Shown: piece after piece, positions 56,001 to 62,814 of the stretch
Layout: every line of letters starts with the position of its first letter
Numbering within the stretch: position 1 is the first letter of the stretch
Source of the DNA: a virus
Taxonomy: Duplodnaviria; Caudoviricetes
Reading direction: 5' to 3' (one strand)
Virus record (IMG/VR): IMGVR_UViG_3300008255_000011
Location: 1-62,814 of that record
Length of the DNA: 62,814 bases
The notes under the pieces: generated by a model
The model's database searches: none
Seen by the model: only the letters and a program-made list of their open reading frames with translations
Told to the model about the DNA's origin: nothing
Made by a program: the position numbers and the translations under genes

Positions 56001-56866
56001 GGGGCAGCACGAGCTCGGCGGCCGGGCCGCTCGCCTCGCCGTTCTACTTCATGGGAGGGTCCGTGCCCTCGGTGGCGGAAACGACCGGGACCTCGGCCAT
56101 TGCCGATCTGCTCCGGCAGTCGCTGGTGATGGAGCAGCCGACCACAGCGAAGCCCGCACCGGAGGAATGGAAGCCCAAGGAGTTCTTCCCTGGCATGCGG
56201 AATCCGAGGTCGCCGCTGGAAACCATCCCGATCGGCACCTTTACCTCGCCTGGGCCGAAGCGGGCCGTCGGTGAGTCCTCGACGTTCGGCATGGGATTCG
56301 GTTCCCTCGGCACCCGGGTTGACGTGATCCGGCAGAACGAGCAGCGCATGCAGCAGATGATGAAGGAGCGGACCACGATCCTCGGCGGGCTGGACACCGA
56401 CACGAGGAAGCGCGTCGTTGGCCGGCTCTCGCCGCGGTACTCGCTGAACGACCTGCGAACCGCCGCCGAGGAGGAACGCACCACGGGGCCGCGGGTCGAG
56501 GTCTACGCCTCGCAGAAGAAACAGCGAGGCGCGTCGTTCTACGGGGACGCAGAGATCCCGAAGGCAGACGGGGGCGCCGTCGCCGGCCAGCTCGGCGCCG
56601 CGGCGGCCGCAGCGGAGAAGGCCGCTGACGCGACGGACACCGGTGTCGCGGAGGAACTCGCTCAGGGTCAGCAGCTGGTGGAGCAGCTCGAGGCTCTCGC
56701 AGCGGCCACGAAGGAGCGGGCAGACGCCGCAGGCCAGGCCGACGCGGAGCAGAAGGCCCTCTTCGACGAGGTCCTCGCGAACGTGCGGGACGAGATCCAG
56801 AAGATCAAGGCCGAGGTCGAGGACCTGAAGCGGCGGCGGGAGCAGGCGAAGCGGCAGTTCTCGTAG
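53060..56866 (+). CDS. Tape measure protein
   Basis: 1268 aa, Ala/Gly-rich helical, TP901-type core (AATDLAVGG, MGVQLRDA). Confidence 0.88.
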   Translation: MMADERFRIIFEGQGDLDPVLQKLERAFDRLASSDPFAKITETAQSAMKALDDLASRVSEGFTGVTRAIDALQQTLQQIPVDKADQLDRAMDRVEKTTKRTIVGFGHLQAALGAVAHSASRGFDAVGTQIRSLEEGLGQSIGGALSGIGTSLGKFASGGLSGNLFSGLIEGARNALTTIAGVSNSAVQGVISAAQSIVGSVGNLFGELQKAGSSAVGGILGALTGVVTGLGPAVAVVGTMIGNAVGSASKAVIDMQVGLVNAGLSVASGVADLATGFAQAAVNTAAAVLNGLVTVAQNVVEKVAQAFAGLVEKVTGFVGDLVGKVTLGLTGISSVAATQSIRFRDEMAVTFGLVAEEGPEAFRSMVAQVRDVMAETPFLSWTEGARGLFQAISFGIRDPIQRIEALQAATDLAVGGGMKDLGTSMQAIARLMDQFGISAREAADRIFTMQNQASLAVSDIAQGIGQVVGTARLAGQSLDEIGTAITFISRVLPPEETFVSLNRLLLGLVQPPPATAKSGYANLFEEMGVQLRDAENHLLPLSRIMDQLRSKNLNDQQLTDLFPNIRSLRGAIPLLMNSAEQTEAMTAAMKQFEGSAQRASEVVESQLGARLSKTWSQFTGLIDQVVERIEGPLGDALTGLTDYLREIRQSPGFDSFADSVGRALSSVVSFVENGLRYVIENWGQIEAGARQAWGTVAEVANTAYGVLKTTWDLLQGWVSGGPESGIASAWDAVKAASTEALAVLRAYASGDVEPLRLAFERLWTWVEGRATVAWDKIKATALSSVAGLVDTLAGFLAGKMQAALSDSPFLAFFAELSGVKIPEVPEGMKDLLLAQRDVGRIQEKLPGLEPGENANALLRSLFGVSPAIPRLNEVAGQSIQGKSREELGALLETLSEQIAADLREMNPVRPFTQELERMAEEAGQAASEHAKITAEKNDELREAYEDAVRAWRKAAGPTGPLGEVGLAGVEGVLGPPMPSFGGSTSSAAGPLASPFYFMGGSVPSVAETTGTSAIADLLRQSLVMEQPTTAKPAPEEWKPKEFFPGMRNPRSPLETIPIGTFTSPGPKRAVGESSTFGMGFGSLGTRVDVIRQNEQRMQQMMKERTTILGGLDTDTRKRVVGRLSPRYSLNDLRTAAEEERTTGPRVEVYASQKKQRGASFYGDAEIPKADGGAVAGQLGAAAAAAEKAADATDTGVAEELAQGQQLVEQLEALAAATKERADAAGQADAEQKALFDEVLANVRDEIQKIKAEVEDLKRRREQAKRQFS

Positions 56867-56974
56867 GGGGCGCCGCGATCGCGCAGGACGCGTCGGAGGC
56901 CGAGGTCGATCTGATCATCACCCACGCGTCGAAGCGTAGCTCCTGCCCCCGCCAGCGCCGGCATGGTGCACCAT

Positions 56975-56993
56975 CCGAAGTTCGGAGTGACCC
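56975..56993 (+). promoter_or_regulatory. Dispersed late motif copy (CCGAAGTTCGGAGTGACCC)
   Basis: Directly before ATG 56994. Confidence 0.7.
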
Positions 56994-57650
56994 ATGGGAG
57001 ACCGCATCGCATACTTCGGATCTGTAAAGCTCGGCACCGAGCTGCTGTCGATCGACTCCACCCACGAGCGCCAGGGTCGGACGGCGATCGCCGGCATCGA
57101 CCAGGCCAGGGTAAAGCTGGAGACCCGCTCCCCGAACTTCCTCTGGACGCACCGGGTCTGGACGCAGGAGGTCGCGGCGCCGGCGTCCCGGACCACGGAG
57201 CAGCTCGCAAAGGACCTCCTCGACGAGATGGTCGACCTGGAGGACGTCTCGGACGATAACATCCTCCGACCGCTCGTCTGGATCGAGGACGCAGCGAAGG
57301 CGACGACCGTCTCCGGGGTAGAGACCGCGGGCGCCACCGTCCAGGTCGAGATTGCCTCCCTCTCCACCCTCGGCGCCGTCGCCGGCGACTATGTCTTCAT
57401 CCTCGGCTCCACCTTCGCGGAGGTCTGCCTCGTATCGGGGACCCACACGAGCGCGGACTACGTGACACTGGCCACCCTCGCGAACAACCTCGCCGGTGGG
57501 GAGGCCATCATTCTGGTCTCGGTCCACTACCCCTCCTGCCGGTACGACGGGCAGGACCCCGGCCGGGCGGAGGACCGCAGCGGGAACCGCGTCCGCTTCC
57601 GGAAGAGCTACGTCTTTACCGCCGAGGCCCAGCCCCTCTGGAGGGCGTGA
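56994..57650 (+). CDS. Putative distal tail protein
   Basis: Follows the tape measure gene. Confidence 0.55.
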   Translation: MGDRIAYFGSVKLGTELLSIDSTHERQGRTAIAGIDQARVKLETRSPNFLWTHRVWTQEVAAPASRTTEQLAKDLLDEMVDLEDVSDDNILRPLVWIEDAAKATTVSGVETAGATVQVEIASLSTLGAVAGDYVFILGSTFAEVCLVSGTHTSADYVTLATLANNLAGGEAIILVSVHYPSCRYDGQDPGRAEDRSGNRVRFRKSYVFTAEAQPLWRA

Positions 57651-57653
57651 CCC

Positions 57654-60600
57654 GTGGCCACCATCTTCACCGAGGCCTTCGGCGGCACCCCCGGCACGGA
57701 GGTCGCCGGCTTCACCCTGATCCGGGGATCCCTCCTCCTGCACACCGGCGGCGGATACGCGACCGGCCAGGACGGCACGGACACCCTGATCCGGTACGAC
57801 TCCTGGTCCGGAGTCCGTGCGGTGGTCGCGAAGACGCAGCTCAAGTTCGCGGCGCCGGCGACGGGTGACTGGCAGTTCGGGCTCTGCCTCTTCCTCGACG
57901 ACGACAACTTCTACGAGCTCCGGATCCGGACGGACAACAACAGCCCCCCGAAGCTCTCGATCCTGAAGGTCGTCGCCGGCGTCGAGTCCACGGTGATGGC
58001 GGAGACGAACGGACCTGTGCTCTCCGCGGGCACTTTCGTCACCTTCGAGCTCCGGCGGAACGGATCCACCCTCCAGGCCTTCGTCGATGACACCCAGTAC
58101 GGCGGGGACCAGACCGACGCGACCCTGACCGCGAACTGGCGGACCGGGTACCGCTGGATCTACTACTCGTCGAACGCCTGGCACGTGGACGACCTCACCA
58201 TGGAGGACTTCACCACCGAGCCCTCGCCCTCGGGCCGGGTCCTCCAGGTCGGGACGTCCTCCTACGACGAGGACGGGATGCGGGCGGCGAGCATCGCCCT
58301 CGGTCGGCTGGAGATCTCCTACATCAGCCCCCGGCGGCTGACCTTCCGCGAGTACGTCTCCCACACCGAGGCGAGCTTCCGGCCGGAGCTGGAGGTCAGG
58401 CTCCTGCAGGGATCCCCGCGGCAGACCGACTTCCGGGGGGTCCTGAAGGTCGTCCGCCACCTTGCAGATGCCGCCGGGGGCGAGTACGTAGAGTACGAGG
58501 CCTGGGGCCCCCGGCAGCAAGCGAAGTATGTGACCCCGTCCCATCCTGACACGGGCGCCCTTTCCATCACCTGGAACGCCGACCCCGAGGACGACGACTA
58601 CGACGCGGACTACGCGGACAAGACGATCGGAGAGATCCTGACCTGGTACTTCGACACGTTCAACGAGGACCTCCGGAAGCACCGGGCGGCGCCCAACGGG
58701 GACGTCTACGTGGCGGCCGAGCTCGCCCTCCTCGACGTGAAGCCGACGAAGTTCACGATCCGCGGGGACTTCGAGGCGCTTGTCCAGACGCTGATCGGTT
58801 TCCAGACCGTGTACGCCTGCCTGATCGACCACGACACCGGCATCTGGCACTTCGTGGACTGGACCGCGTCGCCAGCAAAGGACCTGAGCTTTACCTCCCT
58901 CGTGACGCCGGCGAACCAGGTGGACGACGACTCGTCCATGGCCTACACCGCGGTCCTGCTCCGAAGCATCCGCCGGGAGAAGGTGGACTTCCGGGCGAGC
59001 ACCGAGGACGGCGGCATGGAGCCGGCCTGGTCGAAGGAGCTGGAGAAGTACTACACCCCGTTCCGCTCCCAGCGGTCATCCATCGGGTGCACGGTGAACC
59101 AGGTGATCGGCGCACGGATCGTGGAGCTCGCGATCTCCTACGAGCGGGACGAGGTCTACACGAACGAGTGGCAGGGCACGACCTGCCGTTTCATTGGGGG
59201 GGACGCGGCAGGGGGAGAGGGGGACACCGGGAAGCTCTTCACGATCGGCTCGAACACCGCGAGCTCCGGTGGTCTCTTCCGGGTGACCCTGACCGCTGAC
59301 CTTACCACTGCGCCGTCTCCCGGCGACGCAGTCGATCTGACGGACTCCGACGAGTACGTGACCACCGACGAGCCGAACGGGTTCAAGAAGGTCCACAAGT
59401 GGTACCGGGTGGCCGATGAGCTGAAGCGGGACCTGTTCAAGAAGTCGTGCACTACGGCCTTCCTGGTCCGGCTGGAGAACAGCAATTCCTCCATCAAGCA
59501 GCGGGTCCCCCTCCAGATCGAGTTCGCCATGTCTCCGGGGGTGATCGCAGTGGGCCTGCCCATCGTCACTTTCGGATCGGACACGAAGGGCGCCGCATGC
59601 GAGACGCCTGGAGACTACGAGTCGGCCGACCTCGAACTGAATGCCGAGCACTGGAAGACCACCGTCCTCGAGCGGCGGTACCCGACCGCCGGATACCACG
59701 GCACGGCGTACTCGACGGACCAGAGCCGGTGGGACGGCGGGGGGCCTCCCCTCCCGACCGACTGGGGCGTGATGCGGGAGATGATCATCGAGGACCCGCA
59801 CTACACGTCGGAGGATCAGAACGACGACGTGGACGCGCTCCTCGAGTCCTGGCTCCTGCCCCGGTGCTCGAAGCCCTTCGCCGGGCGGCACGCCTACCGT
59901 GCCTCTGCGGGGGACGGGGTCGACCGCGACTTCGTGAACTTGAACACCTCGGTGACCTTCTCGTCGACGCGGCGGACCACCGGCTGGGAGAGCGGGGCCT
60001 ACATCTTTGCCCACTCCGTGACCTACGACTACGGGCAGGAACTGACCGTGCTCGAGCTCGGGAGCGAGGCGACCTTCGAGAACCCCGAGTACGAGCGGCT
60101 GCGGGACGGGATCCTCCGGGAGGGGAAGCAGTCGGAGATGGAGCGGCTCCTGGAGACGCTGCGCGACGAGTGGGAGTGCAAGAGAGATGCCTTCGTGAAG
60201 GCGGCGCGGGAAGCGATCGGGCCGATCTGCGGATCGCAGGTCCGGGTCCAGACGACGAGGAAGGTCTCCACCTCGGTGACGAAGATCATTCGGGAACTGG
60301 AGCGCGAGATCCAGATCCTGAAGGCGAACAAAGACGACGAGGAGGAGATCACCCCGGACCCGATACCGGATCCGGAACCAGAGAGCGAATCCTCTGATGG
60401 CGGAGTTCCCGCGGTCCGGGACTCACAGGGCGCCGCCTGGGCTGTGGACTCGGACGGGAACTGGCGGGGGCTCACCCTCTCCGGTGGAGTTGTCGTCACG
60501 GGATCCGACGGCTACCCCATCCTGGGCGACCCCGGCACCCCGGCCCGCGGCCCGAAGAGCCACAAGCACTACGTGGCCACGAAGACCGACTGGGACGGGG

Positions 60601-60881
60601 TCGATGACACCTGGCCGCTCGAGGTGACCCCCCGACTGGACGATCCTCCGATCTGCTACTGGTACGACCCCGGCTCCGGGGAGGCGGGGATCTACCTCGA
60701 GGGCGTGCACTACACCGTGGCCGGCTCCACGGTGACGTTCACGGCCCCGCCAGCCGCCAGCCGCCGGACTCACATCCACCTCGAGGTCGAGAACTACCGG
60801 GTCCACCGCCAGTGCCGGGCGCGCGTGGACTTCCTTCGGACGGTGGGAGCCTCCGTCTCCGTCCTCGCCGACTGGTCCTGA
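57654..60881 (+). CDS. Large tail tip/hub protein with N-terminal lectin-like beta-sandwich
   Basis: 1075 aa; WHVDDL ConA-like end; context. Confidence 0.6.
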   Translation: MATIFTEAFGGTPGTEVAGFTLIRGSLLLHTGGGYATGQDGTDTLIRYDSWSGVRAVVAKTQLKFAAPATGDWQFGLCLFLDDDNFYELRIRTDNNSPPKLSILKVVAGVESTVMAETNGPVLSAGTFVTFELRRNGSTLQAFVDDTQYGGDQTDATLTANWRTGYRWIYYSSNAWHVDDLTMEDFTTEPSPSGRVLQVGTSSYDEDGMRAASIALGRLEISYISPRRLTFREYVSHTEASFRPELEVRLLQGSPRQTDFRGVLKVVRHLADAAGGEYVEYEAWGPRQQAKYVTPSHPDTGALSITWNADPEDDDYDADYADKTIGEILTWYFDTFNEDLRKHRAAPNGDVYVAAELALLDVKPTKFTIRGDFEALVQTLIGFQTVYACLIDHDTGIWHFVDWTASPAKDLSFTSLVTPANQVDDDSSMAYTAVLLRSIRREKVDFRASTEDGGMEPAWSKELEKYYTPFRSQRSSIGCTVNQVIGARIVELAISYERDEVYTNEWQGTTCRFIGGDAAGGEGDTGKLFTIGSNTASSGGLFRVTLTADLTTAPSPGDAVDLTDSDEYVTTDEPNGFKKVHKWYRVADELKRDLFKKSCTTAFLVRLENSNSSIKQRVPLQIEFAMSPGVIAVGLPIVTFGSDTKGAACETPGDYESADLELNAEHWKTTVLERRYPTAGYHGTAYSTDQSRWDGGGPPLPTDWGVMREMIIEDPHYTSEDQNDDVDALLESWLLPRCSKPFAGRHAYRASAGDGVDRDFVNLNTSVTFSSTRRTTGWESGAYIFAHSVTYDYGQELTVLELGSEATFENPEYERLRDGILREGKQSEMERLLETLRDEWECKRDAFVKAAREAIGPICGSQVRVQTTRKVSTSVTKIIRELEREIQILKANKDDEEEITPDPIPDPEPESESSDGGVPAVRDSQGAAWAVDSDGNWRGLTLSGGVVVTGSDGYPILGDPGTPARGPKSHKHYVATKTDWDGVDDTWPLEVTPRLDDPPICYWYDPGSGEAGIYLEGVHYTVAGSTVTFTAPPAASRRTHIHLEVENYRVHRQCRARVDFLRTVGASVSVLADWS

Positions 60882-60911
60882 TCCGCTGCATCCCTGGGAT
60901 CGCCTCCACCC

Positions 60912-60930
60912 CCGAAGTTTGGGGTGACCT
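60912..60930 (+). promoter_or_regulatory. Dispersed late motif copy (CCGAAGTTTGGGGTGACC)
   Basis: One mismatch to the consensus; intergenic. Confidence 0.65.
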
Positions 60931-60953
60931 GAGCCTGAGGAGGTGCGCTGCCC

Positions 60954-61472
60954 ATGGACTGGAATCCCGCCGGTGCGAACGACATCACGATCCCGGATGG
61001 CGCGGTGGCCGACGCGATCGCGATCTTCCCCGTGATCGAGCTGCTCCGGAAGGGCGGCGCCGATAGCTGCGAGACGTGCCGCCAGGACGTGATCCGGCTG
61101 CGGCTCGATCCAAAGCTGGACAGCACCCACGCGGTAGTCCTGAAGCCGCATGGCACGCCCATGGCGGGGACCGTCGCGGTCCCGGGGGACGAGCTCCAGA
61201 TCCCCGAGGGCTACCGCATCACCGGGGTGAAGGTCTTCTACCGGCCCCACGACCGGATCGCCGCGGAGCACGGCCGGAAGGCCGCGCAGCGCAGGCGCTC
61301 GGACCCGGGCGACCCGTACGAGGTTCCGCGGTGGGAGGGGCCGATCGCGGAGTTCGCCCTGCCCGCAGGACGGGCACGGGCCGACGCAGAGCTCAAGGAG
61401 GCGAACGCGCGCCTCCGGACGGACCACAGGACGTACTCAGTCCACCCGGCCCACGCCGGAGAGGAGAACTAG
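60954..61472 (+). CDS. Hypothetical protein
   Basis: GAGGAGG RBS; 172 aa. Confidence 0.6.
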   Translation: MDWNPAGANDITIPDGAVADAIAIFPVIELLRKGGADSCETCRQDVIRLRLDPKLDSTHAVVLKPHGTPMAGTVAVPGDELQIPEGYRITGVKVFYRPHDRIAAEHGRKAAQRRRSDPGDPYEVPRWEGPIAEFALPAGRARADAELKEANARLRTDHRTYSVHPAHAGEEN

Positions 61473-61474
61473 GC

Positions 61475-61924
61475 ATGGCAAACTTCATCCACAACAGCTT
61501 CCACGAGGCGGTCCTCGACGCCTGGCTCTCGGGGAAGACCCTGAAGATGACGCTGCTCGGCTCCACGTTCGACGGAGACGACGAGGACGTCTACATGAGC
61601 GACCCGATCACCCTTGGTGAGCTGTCGGGAGGTTCCTTCTCCGCCGGCCACGGCGGGACCATCAGGAAGACCCTGGCGAACGTCGTCACGACCCTCGACA
61701 ACCCCAACAACCAGGTGGAGCTCGACTGCGACGACGTCGTCTACACCGCGATCAACGTCGGGACGATCGAGTGGGTGAACGTCCACAAGGCCGGCACGAT
61801 AGACGACACGGACGCCACCATGATGTTCGAGTACGACGTGAGCCAGGCCACGAACGGCGGGGACATCACGGTCTCCATCAACGCGGAGGGGCTCTACAAG
61901 CTCGGCCGCGCGGCAGGCAGCTAG
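61475..61924 (+). CDS. Small tail-associated structural protein
   Basis: ELSGG...RKTL...DCDDVVY...TNGGDITVSIN pattern. Confidence 0.65.
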   Translation: MANFIHNSFHEAVLDAWLSGKTLKMTLLGSTFDGDDEDVYMSDPITLGELSGGSFSAGHGGTIRKTLANVVTTLDNPNNQVELDCDDVVYTAINVGTIEWVNVHKAGTIDDTDATMMFEYDVSQATNGGDITVSINAEGLYKLGRAAGS

Positions 61925-61928
61925 GCCG

Positions 61929-62558
61929 GTGGAATACCGCGCGGCCGAGAGTCCATCCGAGATCCTCCGGGCGTGTGGGATGGTCTACGACGCGTTCCTG
62001 CGTCAAGGGCTCATCCCGCCGGATCCCTCGCGGATCTACGTCCACCACGAGGCGCTCGTCAACCCGGCCTGCGTGGCGGTGGCGCTCGAGGACGACGGGC
62101 GGATGGTCGCGACGGCCGGGGGGATCCTCGACGGTCCGGGCGGGCTGCCGCTGGATCGAGAGTATCCGGATGAGATGGCGGTGCTCCGGGCGGTGCTCCG
62201 GGCGGGGCACACGGTCGCGGAGTGCGGTGTGATCGCGTCGGACTCGCCGACGAGTCTCCGAACGATGATGGGCGTGATCTCCGTGCTGCTGTCGTGGGGT
62301 CGTGAGTTCGGCGCGACGGCGGTGGTCACGAGCTGCCATCCGCACCACGCGACGTTCTACACCCGCGGCTACGGGCTCCGTCAGGTCGGCCCGGAGCGGC
62401 ACTACGAGAGGCTCTCGGGTGCTCCGGTGGTCATGCTGGCCGGGGTGCTCGCGGAGATGGCGGCGCAGTCTGACCTCCGGGGCGTGCGCCACTGGCGCGA
62501 GCACCCGGCGGATCTGTCTCGGCTGATGGAGCCCGCGCGGCTCAGAGAGGTGGCTTAA
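61929..62558 (+). CDS. N-acyl amino acid synthase FeeM-like GNAT protein
   Basis: VYDAFLRQGLI, DGPGGLPLDREYPDE, VAECG.IA, CHPHHATFYTR, GAPVV. Confidence 0.72.
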   Translation: MEYRAAESPSEILRACGMVYDAFLRQGLIPPDPSRIYVHHEALVNPACVAVALEDDGRMVATAGGILDGPGGLPLDREYPDEMAVLRAVLRAGHTVAECGVIASDSPTSLRTMMGVISVLLSWGREFGATAVVTSCHPHHATFYTRGYGLRQVGPERHYERLSGAPVVMLAGVLAEMAAQSDLRGVRHWREHPADLSRLMEPARLREVA

Positions 62559-62814
62559 TGGCGACGCAGCAGCTCACCGAAGTACAGCGTACCCTGGTAA
62601 ACGAAGTGGTCCGTCCGGCCATCGAGTACCTGATCGGAGTGCGGTACAGGCTCGACGCGCTCGTGACGGAACTCGACAACCAGCAGTCTCCGATCACTGC
62701 GAGCGCCGATATCCTCGGTGACGGCGCAGGAGGCACGGCCGCACGGACGGACGCTCCGGCCCTGACCGGGACCAACGTCGCGCAACTGCGTACGTTCGTG
62801 GCAGGGATGAGGGA
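62558..62814 (+). CDS. Hypothetical ~111-aa protein spanning the circular junction (continues 119-197)
   Basis: TAATG overlap; frame is open across the repeat to TGA 195-197. Confidence 0.7.
   Translation, partial: MATQQLTEVQRTLVNEVVRPAIEYLIGVRYRLDALVTELDNQQSPITASADILGDGAGGTAARTDAPALTGTNVAQLRTFVAGMR
62697..62814. repeat. Terminal direct repeat, right copy
   Basis: Identical to 1-118. Confidence 0.95.

Overview
The window looks like a complete, circularly assembled ~62.7 kb genome of a high-GC tailed phage (1-118 is identical to 62697-62814). All confidently called genes except one are on the + strand. Modules in order: tail fibre and lysis-like genes (0.2-5.5 kb); a type IV-B-like CRISPR effector operon (csf1/cas8, cas11, csf2/cas7, an unexpected Cas6e-like gene, csf3/cas5, a small HAxxRYxER protein, cysH-like) with no visible array (5.8-10.1 kb); early regulatory, recombination and replication genes (HTH proteins, HNH, SNF2-MTase fusion, SMC-like ATPase, intein-containing UvrD, initiator, DnaB); a FliA/WhiG-like sigma factor behind a structured leader; an ~8 kb glycosyltransferase/sulfotransferase/methyltransferase cluster; packaging, head and siphovirus-like tail genes; and a FeeM-like N-acyltransferase. 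A dispersed motif, CCGAAGTTCGGRGTGACC, occurs 10 times, mostly just upstream of late genes. It is probably the promoter for the phage sigma factor, but it also resembles a Cas6 hairpin plus handle. I recognised no integrase, endolysin, tRNA or CRISPR array. All family calls come from motifs read by eye, not from database searches.
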